This document shows positions 8,914 to 18,669 of a stretch of DNA of 64,000 bases, piece by piece (the stretch's first letter is position 1; each line of letters starts with the position of its first letter). The notes below the pieces were generated by a model, which searched no databases, had not been told where the DNA came from, and saw nothing but the letters and a program-made list of their open reading frames with translations. The stretch lies in the NCBI GenBank assembly GCA_963709505.1, contig CAVPXC010000012.1, forward strand, positions 93,356 through 157,355. The letters are read 5' to 3'. This stretch comes from an uncultured Chloroflexia bacterium. Its GTDB lineage: Bacteria > Chloroflexota > Anaerolineae > JAAEKA01. The translations under genes were made by a program, and so were the position numbers.

Positions 8914-11033
8914 CTATTTGCCAACCAGAATGACAACCGAGCGATCGCCGACGAGCAGTCCGTGTTGATCCGAAAGCAACGGCTCGTTGCCGGGTTCCCA
9001 GATATCTTCGGGGGACGGTGCACCTGTGTTGGCGAAGACATGCCATTGCATGCCGGACGGCAATCCTGGCAACTCGCACCACTGGCCTTCCCAGTGCATG
9101 TTCATCGCCACATAGACGTAGTTATCCTGGACTGCGCCGCCTCTGGCGTGCTTACCGCACAGCATGAAAGGCAGCCAGGCGGTTGTCATCGGACCAGTTG
9201 GCGTTCCAGGCTTTGGTTCCATGCCAGGTGATGTCGGCGTAGCCGCTGCCTACATAGTCGCGGTTGCTGAAATGCCAACGGTTGCGCAACACCGGATGGG
9301 CGTGACGGAAGGCAATCACGTGCTTGAAGAAGCGGAACAGCTCGGCGTTGCTCTCCAGCTGCGTCCAGTCCATCCAGTTCAGCTCGTTGTCTTGGCAGTA
9401 GGTGTTGTTATTGCCCTGCTGAGTACGGCCGACTTCATCACCCATCAGGATCATCGGCACCCCCTGGCTGACCATCAGCATGGACACGGCGTTCTTGATC
9501 TGCCGCCGGCGCAGGGCATTGATGCCTGGATCGTCTGTGGGACCTTCCCAGCCGCAGTTCCAGCTATCGTTGTCGTTGCCGCCGTCGTTGTTGTTCTCGC
9601 CGTTGGCCCAGTTGTGCTTTTCGTTGTAAGACACCAGGTCCATCAGCGTAAAGCCATCGTGGGCTATGAAGAAGTTGACCGAGGCGGTCGCGCCGCGGCC
9701 GGCGTACAGATCGGGCGAGCCGGTCAATCGCTGCGCCACCTGACTCACCAGGCCAGCTTCGCCCTTCAGGAATTTGCGCATGGTGTCGCGATACTTGCCG
9801 TTCCATTCGCCCCAGCGGAAGTAAGCTGGGAAACTGCCAACCTGGTACAAGCCGCCGGCGTCCCACGCCTCGGCGATCAGCTTGCATTTGGCAAGCACCG
9901 GGTCGAAGGCCAGCGTCTCGAGCAACGGTGGGTTTGGCAGCGGATAGCCCAACGGATCGCGGCCCAGGATGGCGGCCAGGTCGAAGCGGAAGCCGTCGAT
10001 GTGGTACTCCGCCGCCCAGTAACGCAGGCAATCCAGCACCATGCCGCGCACGATGGGGTTGTTGCAATTCAACGTGTTGCCGGTGCCGCTGAAGTTGAAG
10101 TAGTAGCCATCCGGCGTCAGCATGTAGTAAACGCGGTTGTCCAGCCCTCGAAACGAGATGTAGGGTCCCATCTCGTTGCCTTCGGCCGTATGGTTGAACA
10201 CCACATCCAGGAATACCTCGATGCCCGCCCGATGAAGCTCTTTGACCAGGTGCTTGAACTCGTCGACCTGCATGCCCAGCTTGCCGGTCGCCGCATAGCC
10301 GGCCTTGGGAGCGAAGAAGCCGACCGTGCTGTAGCCCCAGTACTGCATCAGCAGCTGGCCGGTTGCCTCATTGACGCGACTGTTCTCGAACTCGTCAAAC
10401 TCATAGACAGGCAGCAACTCGATGCAATTGACACCCAACTCCTTGAGGTAGGAGATCTTCTGGCGCAATCCGGCAAAAGTGCCCGGGAACTTGACATCCG
10501 ACGATGGATGCTTGGTAAACCCGCGCACGTGCGCCTCGTAGATCACCAAATCCTCGGCCGGAATCTCCAGCGGACGGTCGCACTTCCCAATCGAAGTCGT
10601 CGAGCACCAAGCGCGAGCGGTGCTGGTAGATGTCGTTCCAGTCTGGCTCCTTACCCCACACGTCGCGGCCGCCCAGGGCCTTGGCATAGGGATCGCTCAA
10701 GATCTTCGTCGAGTTGAAGCGATCGCCCGACCTGGGGTCGAACGGCCCATCCATGCGATAGCCGTACTCGATTTCTTCATAGTCAAGACCGTAGACCACC
10801 ATCGACCAGACGTCGCCGATGCGGAACTCCTCAGGAAAGGGGATCTCGATCCTGGGCTGGGGCGCGCCTTTGTCAAACAACACCAGGGTGCACGACGTAG
10901 CGTGGCTCGAATAAATCGAGAAGTTCGCGCCGCCGGGAACCATGGTGGCGCCAAAGGGAATCGGCTTACCGGGCCGCAGCCGGTAGCCCTGGTATTCGTG
11001 GGTAGAGTAAGTATCGATACGTAACGGATCCAT
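8914..11033 (-). pseudogene. glgX: glycogen debranching enzyme GlgX (CBM48 + GH13 isoamylase type), interrupted by two apparent single-base insertions
   Basis: Three overlapping ORFs in different frames: 10401..11033 (CBM48 N-domain), 9152..10687 (GH13 core with GFRFDLAAILGRD and VFNHTAEGNE) and 8914..9222 (C-terminal domain). The junctions are DFDWE|GDRPLEIPAEDLVIYEAHVRGF near 10600 and RLAAF|MLCGKHARGG near 9171. Confidence 0.8.
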
Positions 11034-11044
11034 TACGGCGCCTC

Positions 11045-11386
11045 TCAGTCAGCCAACGCGGCCAGGCCAGCGTCAAGTGTGTCGAAGTACTGGAAGAAGT
11101 CCAGAAAGCCGGTCATTTCCATGGTGTCGCGCAGGTCATCGGGCAGCCTGACAAGCACCACCTCGCCGCCGTTGCCCTTGATGGTGCGATAGATCACCAA
11201 CAGCAGGCGCAGGCCGGCGCTGGACATGTACGTGACGCCGCCCATGTCGATGGCGATCTTGCAATCCGGCTTGGCCAATGGCATGATCTTGGCTTGAGCC
11301 TCAGGCGCCGTACTGCCGTCGATGTCACCTACGATGTGCACGACAGTCGCGAGGTCGATTATTTCAATGTCGATGTTCAGGGCCAT
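11045..11386 (-). CDS. STAS-domain anti-sigma factor antagonist (second copy)
   Basis: 113 aa. Sequence VVHIVGDIDGSTAPEAQAKI...AIDMGGVTYMSSAGLRLLLV. Confidence 0.8.
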   Translation of the reverse strand: MALNIDIEIIDLATVVHIVGDIDGSTAPEAQAKIMPLAKPDCKIAIDMGGVTYMSSAGLRLLLVIYRTIKGNGGEVVLVRLPDDLRDTMEMTGFLDFFQYFDTLDAGLAALAD

Positions 11387-11448
11387 GGTTTGTACCTACC
11401 TGTTTTCCTTTATGCCTTCTCAGTCGCCGGGGACTGAGGCTGAGCGTT

Positions 11449-11994
11449 TCACCGCAGGGTCGTGTCAGTCGCCGGTTGGCGAGCGGGAGAGGACGAACTC
11501 GGGTCGGTGATCGCTTCCAACAGCGCGGCCGCCGGCGCGTCGGCCACCGAAAGCACCGCGTCAACAGGGCCAGGTAGCTGCGCCTCGATGTAGTCCGCAA
11601 AGGCCTTGTTGTACAGTGCGCCAGGCCGCTTGTCGCGAATGAGCTGTACGGCGTCCTTGCCTGGCATGCCCAGGTTCGTTAGGATCAGGCCGGCGACTAG
11701 AGCGCAGCGGTTATGGCCCATCCCACAGTGCGATAGCACCTTCAGCCCGCTGCTTACCATCATTGCGCCCATCCGCGCCACGGCGTGCAGCTTCTCCAGA
11801 TCGGGCAGCGTTAGGACGTCGTCGATGGGAAAGTAGATGTAGAGATACTGGTTCGGAACTGAAGGCACGCCGATGTCGAGATCGCCATCCATGTCGATGA
11901 TGGCGCAGATATCGCGTTCTTCGACCAAGCTCCAGTCGTCGATGTCGGGAGAGATAAAGAGACAACCCTTTTCGTCAAGCTGGAAAATGTCCAT
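11449..11994 (-). CDS. dual-specificity / tyrosine protein phosphatase (CX5R)
   Basis: Active-site motif HCGMGHNRCA (CX5R) in a DSPc-like context. Confidence 0.75.
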   Translation of the reverse strand: MDIFQLDEKGCLFISPDIDDWSLVEERDICAIIDMDGDLDIGVPSVPNQYLYIYFPIDDVLTLPDLEKLHAVARMGAMMVSSGLKVLSHCGMGHNRCALVAGLILTNLGMPGKDAVQLIRDKRPGALYNKAFADYIEAQLPGPVDAVLSVADAPAAALLEAITDPSSSSPARQPATDTTLR

Positions 11995-12034
11995 TTCGGT
12001 TTCGGTTGCGCCTTGTGGTTCTTAAGTAGCCTGC

Positions 12035-12165
12035 CCTGAGGCTGCCGAAGCATCCCGTGCCATTCGAGGTCGGGATGCTTCGGCGCAGACGCCTACTCAT
12101 GACATGCCATGTCATTCGTTTGCGAATACCGCCCTGCGGGATGCGGGGCCTCAGCATGACACTCG
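12035..12165. repeat. dispersed ~70-bp repeat (family B) with an internal near-palindrome ATGACATGCCATGTCAT, plus a 13-bp perfect IR hairpin (GCCGAAGCATCCC/GGGATGCTTCGGC)
   Basis: The segment 12092..12160 is ~90% identical to the reverse complement of 48689..48755. The spurious ORF translations MTCHVIRLRIPP and MTYHVIRLRIPP confirm the match. Confidence 0.7.
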
Positions 12166-12185
12166 CACAGAGCACGGTTGGTGAC

Positions 12186-14003
12186 CTAGACCGGCTCGAT
12201 GCGAACCTTCACCCGCACCTGGTTCTTGGTGTCGGGCAGCTTCACCGTCAGCCCGGCGGCGTCGAAGTTGTCGTAAGGCTCGTCGTCGATCCACACCTGG
12301 CCGATGCGAACGCTGCCGGCCGGCAGGATGTCGGGCGAGACCCGCAGGATGTTGCGCTTGAAGCTGTTCGGGTACGGCTTGAAGTAGAAGTCCATCGGCC
12401 GCTTGAAGATCAACAGATTGTTGTATACCGCGGCCAGGTAGCACAGCTCCGACGAGTGGTAGAAGCTCATCGAGTGGCTGCCCTTGAAGCGCTCCGTTCC
12501 CATCAGGTACGGAATGCCGTTGGCCAGGACGTTGAAGAAGACACCGCCGTCGTCGTGGTCCAGGAAGAACGAGTTGTAGAAGGCCTCGGACTTGCGGGCG
12601 ATGCGCAGGTACTCGTCGTCGCCCAGGATGCCTTTGAGGATCAGGTACGCCAGGATGCCCTGCTCCTGCTGCCACCACGCCTTGCGATCGTGGAACGCGT
12701 AGCGGTGCCACTCTTCACTCCCGTGCTTCATGCGCTCCATGACGTCAAACCAGCCGGAGCGCTGGCGGTCCATGCCCACCGTGGGCATGACTTCGCCGAT
12801 CTTGCGAGCCAGAGCCTCATACTGCTCTTTGGGCTTGAGGCCGTACATGCGCATCAGGTTCCAGGAGATCTTGAGGTTATGACCGACGACGCCGCGGTTC
12901 TGCTGCCACATGTGCGTGCGGTCGGCGGACCAATCGGTGAAGAACTTTTCCTGGACGAAGGGGCTTTCGTCGTAGTTCGGGAAGTACTTCTCGATAGTGT
13001 CGAAGGTGTACTCCAGGAAGTCGGCATAGCGCTTCTCGCCGGTGGCCAGGTAGAGGTTGATCAGGTAGGCCGGTGCATGGTCGCCCACCGAGTTCCAGTT
13101 CTTCTTGCCCTTGTTTTGACCCAGAGACTCGCTCTGCGGGTCCAACGTGATGACGTCCAGGTGCGAGAAGTAGCCGCCGTCGTGCCGGTCCAGGTAGAAG
13201 CGATCAAACAGATCCACGGTCATTTCGGCGTCGCGCAGGATGCGAGGATCGCCCGTGATGCGGTAGGTCTGGATGGGCCCGGCCAGGGCGTAGATCTGCT
13301 CGTAGGCCGGAATGGCGTCGTAGTCGTCGCCGAACTCCGATGCGAACACCTTGGTCTCGCGGCGTCCACTGACGTCGATGCCGTGATACCAGTATACCAC
13401 ATTCTCGTCCGGGTCGAAGAAGCGCATGTGCTCGCGGAGGTACTCGGTGCCCTTCTCGGCGCCCTCAAGGAAGCGGTCCTCGCCCGTCAGCAGGTAGCAC
13501 GAGGCGAAGCCATACACCAGGCGGGAGATGGTATCGGTCTCCTGGCGGTAGTTGTCCTGGGCCTTGTCGCCTGCCAGGGTGATGGTGGTGCGATAGTTCT
13601 GGTAGTTGACCGGCTCATCGCCGAACTGCGCCTTCAAGTAGAAGTCGCCCAGGGAGACGATCTGCTTCATCCACCAGTCTTGGCGCTCAAAGGCCCAGTT
13701 ATCGGCGGTCTTGCCGACGAAGATGATGAACTGGGCCTCGAAGGTGTTGTCGCCGCCTTCGGGGTAGTAGACGCCATAGACATACAGGAAGCGGCCCTCC
13801 TGCAACATGTCGCGCATCTGCCCACCCACCCACTGGCGCGGCTCCTCGAGGTTGTTGGCGATCCAGGCATAGGTGCCCGGCGCGAACTTCACGGCATACT
13901 CACGGCCATCCGTGGTTCGAAGGCCGAAGGTGTCAGCCTCCTTGTCGTACTTCGTGACGTAGCCGGCAATGGTGTCGGAAAAGGTAAAGTTGATTTGGTT
14001 CAT
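12186..14003 (-). CDS. six-hairpin (alpha/alpha)6 glycosidase-like protein, N-acylglucosamine 2-epimerase (AGE) superfamily-like, with an N-terminal extra domain
   Basis: 605-aa ORF with a GGAGAC ribosome-binding site. AGE-like stretches (GHNLKISWNLMRMY, GGVFFNVLANG). The family call is tentative. Confidence 0.4.
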   Translation of the reverse strand: MNQINFTFSDTIAGYVTKYDKEADTFGLRTTDGREYAVKFAPGTYAWIANNLEEPRQWVGGQMRDMLQEGRFLYVYGVYYPEGGDNTFEAQFIIFVGKTADNWAFERQDWWMKQIVSLGDFYLKAQFGDEPVNYQNYRTTITLAGDKAQDNYRQETDTISRLVYGFASCYLLTGEDRFLEGAEKGTEYLREHMRFFDPDENVVYWYHGIDVSGRRETKVFASEFGDDYDAIPAYEQIYALAGPIQTYRITGDPRILRDAEMTVDLFDRFYLDRHDGGYFSHLDVITLDPQSESLGQNKGKKNWNSVGDHAPAYLINLYLATGEKRYADFLEYTFDTIEKYFPNYDESPFVQEKFFTDWSADRTHMWQQNRGVVGHNLKISWNLMRMYGLKPKEQYEALARKIGEVMPTVGMDRQRSGWFDVMERMKHGSEEWHRYAFHDRKAWWQQEQGILAYLILKGILGDDEYLRIARKSEAFYNSFFLDHDDGGVFFNVLANGIPYLMGTERFKGSHSMSFYHSSELCYLAAVYNNLLIFKRPMDFYFKPYPNSFKRNILRVSPDILPAGSVRIGQVWIDDEPYDNFDAAGLTVKLPDTKNQVRVKVRIEPV

Positions 14004-14022
14004 GATTTGGGTCTCCGTTCAT

Positions 14023-14139
14023 GTCGGTGATCGGTGAATTGGTAGATTGGTGATCGGTGATTGGTGATCGGTGAAAGCAGTCACTCAATCATCTCAGGCC
14101 TGATTACCAATTACCAATTTACCGATTACCGATTACCGC
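14023..14139. repeat. heptamer-repeat hairpin element (GGTGATC tandem array on the left arm, GATTACC array on the right arm)
   Basis: Left arm ggtgatcggtgaattggtagattggtgatcggtgattggtgatcggtga, loop, then right arm gattaccaattaccaatttaccgattaccgattacc. The arms are complementary if G.T pairs are allowed. Confidence 0.8.
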
Positions 14140-14613
14140 TCACAGCGCCGGCGGATTCTCTTGATCCACATAGCCCTGGCTGATCTCGACGATGTTGCCC
14201 TCAGGGTCGGCGACCCAGACGGTGTTCCAGCCAGGGATGAAGGCGCCGAAGTCAAGCGGCCCTAGGGTGATCTTGGCGTCGTCACCCATTGCGGCCAGTT
14301 TGGCGTCCACGTCGTCCACTTTAAAGGCCAGGTGCCGCCATCCTGGGAAGTGCGGTCCATCGCCACCGACCGGCGGCGCCGGAGCGTCACCCTCGGCTTG
14401 GAACAGCTCCAAGTAAAGGTTGCCCGATTTGATGAAGACGAGCTGCACCTCGCCCAACGGAATGACCCGGCTGCGGGTGAAACCGAAGTGCTTGGTGTAG
14501 AAACGCTCCACAGCAAGCGGATCCCGGCAGGAAATGGCGACATGATGGAAATTCGCGTTAACCACATGGTCCTCCGTTTTGGGGAACAGTGAACAGTAAT
14601 GGTAATCAGTCAA
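14140..14613 (-). CDS. VOC (glyoxalase/bleomycin-resistance/dioxygenase) family protein
   Basis: 157 aa. Sequence FHHVAISCRDPLAVERFYTKHFGF, typical of the VOC fold. Confidence 0.7.
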   Translation of the reverse strand: MTDYHYCSLFPKTEDHVVNANFHHVAISCRDPLAVERFYTKHFGFTRSRVIPLGEVQLVFIKSGNLYLELFQAEGDAPAPPVGGDGPHFPGWRHLAFKVDDVDAKLAAMGDDAKITLGPLDFGAFIPGWNTVWVADPEGNIVEISQGYVDQENPPAL

Positions 14614-14676
14614 TTGGTATCGAACTGAGTGAGCCTCACTGTTTACTGTTCACTGTCTACCTACTGTTCACTGTAC
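14583..14676. repeat. heptamer-repeat hairpin element (GAACAGT/GTGAACA arrays)
   Basis: gaacagtgaacagtaatggtaatcag ... cactgtttactgttcactgtctacctactgttcactgtac. Confidence 0.7.
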
Positions 14677-15070
14677 TACCCGTTCAGCTGCGCCATCAAG
14701 CCAGCCTGGTCCCACACGTCCCACAACTCGGCAATCTTGCCGTCCTTGACGTGGAAGATCGTGATGCCGATCATCTTCACGCTCTTGTTTGTGGGGGGCA
14801 TGCCGAAGAAGTCGCCGGTGTGCGTTCCGGCGGCCGACCAGCGGCTGACGACCTTCTCGCCTTGGGTGAGCTGATCTTCCACCGTATAGTGCAGGTCGGG
14901 AAAAGCCGTCAGCAACAGGCCCACAAAGCCTTTGCCGATGTCACGGTGCGGGATCGTGTCGGTGTTGACGTGGCCGACGTAAGTCTCGGCCATGGCGTCG
15001 TTCCACAGGTCAGGTTATTCTCGTTGTACACCTGGTAGAACGTGTTGATTGGATCCATAATGTTCGACAT
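14676..15070 (-). CDS. SnoaL-like ester cyclase (NTF2 fold), with an apparent -1 frameshift near 15008
   Basis: The N-terminus MSNIMDPINTFYQVYNENN (AAGGAGA ribosome-binding site) is in one frame and the remainder DLWNDAMAETYVGHVNTDT...ELWDVWDQAGLMAQL is in another. One missing base in aacctg(g)acctg would restore NLDLW. Confidence 0.6.
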
Positions 15071-15098
15071 GTCGTATTCTCCTTGTTGAATAGTCTAA

Positions 15099-15668
15099 CT
15101 AGCGTTCGCTAAGTAGTTCGATAATCTTGCGAGCAAATTGATGGCAATGCCCACCCGTGCGCGCCGTCACCAGGTCGCCGTCCACCACCACGTCCTGGTC
15201 GGTGTAGATGGCGCCCATGTTGCGAATGTCGCCGTAGAGGTTGGGGTGGCCGACGACAGGCCGGCCTCGCACCAACTCCGGCGTCGTCGAGATCAGCCAC
15301 ATGCCGTGGCAGATGATGCCCTTGAGAATCGTCGGCTCGGCAAAGGCCCGTTGGACAAACTCGGTGGCCGGCGCCAATTTGCTCAGGTCATTGGTGTAGC
15401 GCAGCCGATCCGAGACGAAGGCCGAAGGCACGATAATCGCGCTGTAGCTGCGCAATTCTTCGTCGCTCATACCTTCGAACGTTTCACTGCAGTAAAAGGG
15501 CGCCTTGAACTCGTGGCCTGTGAAGGTGATCCCCGGCTGGCCCCACAAGCGGGTCAGCCAGTGCACCTCGATGCCTTCTTCGGCAAAACGGTGCTCGTAG
15601 TAGAAGATTTCCTTCTCGTAGAAGTCGCTCTCGATGAGGATGCCGATTTTTTTGCCTTGTAGTGTCAT
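15099..15668 (-). CDS. DJ-1/PfpI family protein (class I glutamine amidotransferase-like)
   Basis: 189 aa. Nucleophile elbow GIICHGMW. Sequence KKIGILIESDFYE. Confidence 0.75.
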   Translation of the reverse strand: MTLQGKKIGILIESDFYEKEIFYYEHRFAEEGIEVHWLTRLWGQPGITFTGHEFKAPFYCSETFEGMSDEELRSYSAIIVPSAFVSDRLRYTNDLSKLAPATEFVQRAFAEPTILKGIICHGMWLISTTPELVRGRPVVGHPNLYGDIRNMGAIYTDQDVVVDGDLVTARTGGHCHQFARKIIELLSER

Positions 15669-15675
15669 AGATCAC

Positions 15676-15790
15676 TCCGTGTCAATCTGATAACACGTAA
15701 CAGCGTAACACGTAACCCGGAATCCGGAGCACCGTGTCCAAGAGACGGGTTCCGGGTTCCGGGTTCCGGGTTACGTGTTACGCTTTACGT
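15676..15790. repeat. heptamer-repeat hairpin element (CGTAACA/CCGGAAC arrays)
   Basis: aacacgtaacagcgtaacacgtaacccggaatccgg ... ccgggttccgggttccgggttacgtgttacgctttacgtgttacg forms a long imperfect inverted repeat. Confidence 0.75.
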
Positions 15791-15791
15791 G

Positions 15792-16184
15792 TTACGCCAC
15801 CGTCCCATCAGGATACTGTGTCATACCGGCGAAGTGAATGGCGATTTTGCCATCGCGCAGCACCCAGCTGTCGGCGAAGCGCATCTTGGCCTCCTGGCCG
15901 CCGGCCGTCATCGTGATGGCCTCGACGATCATCAGCGTTTGAGGATCTTCAGTCTCGGCCCAGAACGCGATGTCGGTCTCCAGCCCCTCGATGCCCAGGA
16001 TGCCCTGCATGTGCTCGCGCAACTGCTCCTGGCCGCGATAGTAGAGAGGCTCCTTCATAAAGCTGCTGATCAGCAGACAGTCGTCGGTGTATTGGTCGCA
16101 CAAGGCGTCGATGTTCTTGTCCAGAATGTGCTGGATGTGCTCGCGATACATGTGACCGAGAGCGGTGTCGGGTACGTTTTTCAT
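15792..16184 (-). CDS. NTF2-like (SnoaL/ketosteroid-isomerase-like) protein
   Basis: 130 aa with NTF2-fold features (DALCDQYTDDCLLISSF...WVLRDGKIAIHF). Confidence 0.55.
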   Translation of the reverse strand: MKNVPDTALGHMYREHIQHILDKNIDALCDQYTDDCLLISSFMKEPLYYRGQEQLREHMQGILGIEGLETDIAFWAETEDPQTLMIVEAITMTAGGQEAKMRFADSWVLRDGKIAIHFAGMTQYPDGTVA

Positions 16185-16230
16185 GGGTTCATCTCCAGAG
16201 TGCTTACTATGGATAACTTTGTAACAAGTG

Positions 16231-16330
16231 ACTCGTAATCCGGAGATCGGTGATCGGTGATCGGTAGTCGGTATCCGGACAAGCAGTATATCATCTGCTG
16301 TTAATCCGGGTTACCGAGTTACCGATTACC
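16231..16330. repeat. heptamer-repeat hairpin element (GGTGATC / GATTACC)
   Basis: ggagatcggtgatcggtgatcggtagtcggtatccgg ... ccgggttaccgagttaccgattaccgattacg. Confidence 0.75.
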
Positions 16331-16332
16331 GA

Positions 16333-17871
16333 TTACGTTACTACGCCGCCAAAATCATCTCGGCCGCCTTCGCAGCCGATCATGAAGCAGGCGGCCACGG
16401 TGTTACCGCTGGTGACGGTCGGCATGACCGAGGCGTCGGCGACGCGCAGGCCCTCGACGCCGTAGACGCGCAGCTGCGGGTCCACAACGGCCATCGCATC
16501 CCGGCCGATCTTGCACGTGCCAGCCGGGTGCCACAGGGTCGAGCCCTGCGAGCGGATAAAGCCCTCCAGGTCCGCACCGGCGCCGGGCAGGATCTCAACC
16601 TCGTTGAGGTCGCTAAAGGCCGGCGTGTTGGCGATGGCGCGGATCACCTCGATCACCTTGACGAAGGCCTCAACGTCGGCGGGCTGCTGCAGGTAGTTGG
16701 GGTTGATCGAAGGCGGCGCTAACGGGTCGGCCGAGCGCAACGTCACCTCGCCGATGCTGAAGGGCTGCACCAGGATCGGCAGGAAGATACAGGCCGCAAA
16801 AGGTATGTTCAGAAGCGGCGCCAGCGGCGCGGGAATGCTGGGCGTGAAGTTGAGCTGCATGTCCGGCGGCGCCGCCTCGGCTCCCTCGCGGGTGCGCAGG
16901 AAGAGCACGTTGCCGGTCAAGCAGCGTGGTCATGGGCGAGTCGGTCTTGCGCTTGAAGACCACGGGCAGTTGCACGTGGTCCTGCAGGTTCTGGCCCACA
17001 CCCGGCAAGTCGGCGACGACGTCAATGCCATGCGGCGGCCAGGTGGTCGGCCGGGCCGATGCCCGGACAGCATCAACACCTTGGGCGACTGCAACGCGCC
17101 GGCGCTGACGATTACCTCACGGCTGGCCTGGGCCTGCTTCAGCTCGCCACCCTGGAGGTATTCGACGCCTACGGCCTTCTTGCCTTCGAAAAGGACGCGC
17201 GTGGCGTGCGCGCCGGTCTCCACGGTCAGGTTGGGCCGGTCCAGGATCGGGGTCAGAAAGACCGTGGCTGCGCTGGCGCGCTTGCCGTCGGGGCTGATGT
17301 GAAACTGCAGCAAGCCGGCGCCGTTTTCCTGTCGCGCGCCGTTGGTGTCCCAACGCGGACCGTCGTAGCCGACTTGGGTGGCGCCGACCATAAACTCGTC
17401 TGACACCATCACCGGATCGGGGCAATCGACTACAGGAATCGGCCCGCCGGCGCCGTGATACTCCGAATCGCCGCCCGCGTAATCCTCCAGCGACTTGAAG
17501 ATCGGCAGGACGTCCTTGTAGCTCCAGCCATCGGCGCCGAGAGCGTTCCACATGTCGTAGTTGAGCCGATTGCCGCGCACGTACATCATGGCGTTGACGG
17601 AGGTGCTGCCACCCAACACCTTGCCCTGGTTAATGATCAGACTGCGGCCGGCCATGCCCGCCTGTGCCTCGGTGCCGAGCGCCCAGTCGACGTCCGAGCC
17701 CCACAGCGACACAAAACTGCCTACATCGGCGATTGCTGGGTTCGTGTCGGAGCCGCCGGCTTCAAGCACCAGCACACGCATAGCTGGATTGGCGCTGAGA
17801 CGGTTGGCAACCACGGCGCCGGAGGCGCCGCTGCCGATAACGATGAAGTCAAAAGACTGGTGGGAGGTCAT
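16333..17871 (-). pseudogene. GMC-family (choline dehydrogenase-like) FAD oxidoreductase, disrupted by three single-base insertions within ~130 bp
   Basis: N-terminal FAD motif FDFIVIGSGASGAVVANRLS and C-terminal motif HPAGTCKIG...GLRVADASVMP. The three frame switches are LMLSG|IGPADHLAA|HGIDVVADLPGVGQNLQDHVQLPVVFK...TTLL|TGNVLFL, at about 17025, 16990 and 16915. Confidence 0.8.
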
Positions 17872-17928
17872 GGTCTGCTCCTGATGGTTCGAGTAGGCAA
17901 TTCTGTGAGCCTACAAAATGATTGGGAT

Positions 17929-18618
17929 CTATTTCGCCGGCGCGGCGGCCTGTTGCTGCTGTTTTGCAGCTGCCTGGGCCGCTAACGCCTTGGTTTTCAT
18001 CTCGCCCAGTCGCTTGGCATTCCAATAGACCAGGAGTACGCAGGTGATGATGACCAAGGCAGAGTGAAGAGCCCAAGGCTGCGAAGCCTCCCAGCGTAGA
18101 GTCACGGTCACGTAGTAGATGACAGCCAGGAGGAAATAGGTGCCTGCTCGCAAAAGATGGCCGCGGATGTCGGCGACGCGCTCCGTGCGCTCGGTGCCCT
18201 GGTAGTGCCGCAACCGATTGGTGTGCCAGCCGACCATCAACAGGTGAAAAACAGCCAACGCAGCGATGTAGTACCAATAGTTCGGTGGGTTTCCTGCCAG
18301 GAAGCTGAAGCTGAAGATGAAGTACAGCACCGAAAACCGGATCACGTCAAAGAAGAAGACGGAGTAATCGAGCGTATATGGAAAGCGCTCGATGAGCAGG
18401 CTGTACGAAAGCCACACCGAAACGACGAAAAACAACGTCGCGATGAACGATATCACAATCAGGACATTGGCGGGTGTCGACAGATCAAACACCGGACCGG
18501 TAGTGAGCTTAAACGTAACCATGAACTCACGGAAGAACGTGACCAACATGACCGAGAAAAAGAAGGTGATCAGAGTTGGCAAACGCTGTAAGTACCTTGC
18601 AAGTGGATCAGGATTCAT
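17929..18618 (-). CDS. integral membrane protein of unknown function
   Basis: About 6 hydrophobic segments. Start at MNPDPLARY with a GGGAAGG ribosome-binding site. C-terminal Gln/Ala-rich tail. Confidence 0.5.
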   Translation of the reverse strand: MNPDPLARYLQRLPTLITFFFSVMLVTFFREFMVTFKLTTGPVFDLSTPANVLIVISFIATLFFVVSVWLSYSLLIERFPYTLDYSVFFFDVIRFSVLYFIFSFSFLAGNPPNYWYYIAALAVFHLLMVGWHTNRLRHYQGTERTERVADIRGHLLRAGTYFLLAVIYYVTVTLRWEASQPWALHSALVIITCVLLVYWNAKRLGEMKTKALAAQAAAKQQQQAAAPAK

Positions 18619-18669
18619 ACGCAGTTCACCTTCCCTATCGTTACCTACTGACATCTGGGCTGGAACTTT

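Noticed and set aside
10540-10640. Programmed ribosomal frameshift in glgX
   Set aside because: There is no slippery heptamer or downstream structure. Similar indels occur in many unrelated genes, so ordinary indel lesions are more parsimonious.
9164-10717. 517-aa plus-strand ORF
   Set aside because: It lies antisense to glgX. No recognisable motifs. High-GC artefact.
12057-14030. 657-aa plus-strand ORF
   Set aside because: It lies antisense to the well-supported 12186..14003 glycosidase-like gene. Its composition is Val/Ala/Arg/Gly-rich, typical of spurious high-GC antisense ORFs. Its N-terminus is a translation of repeat family B.
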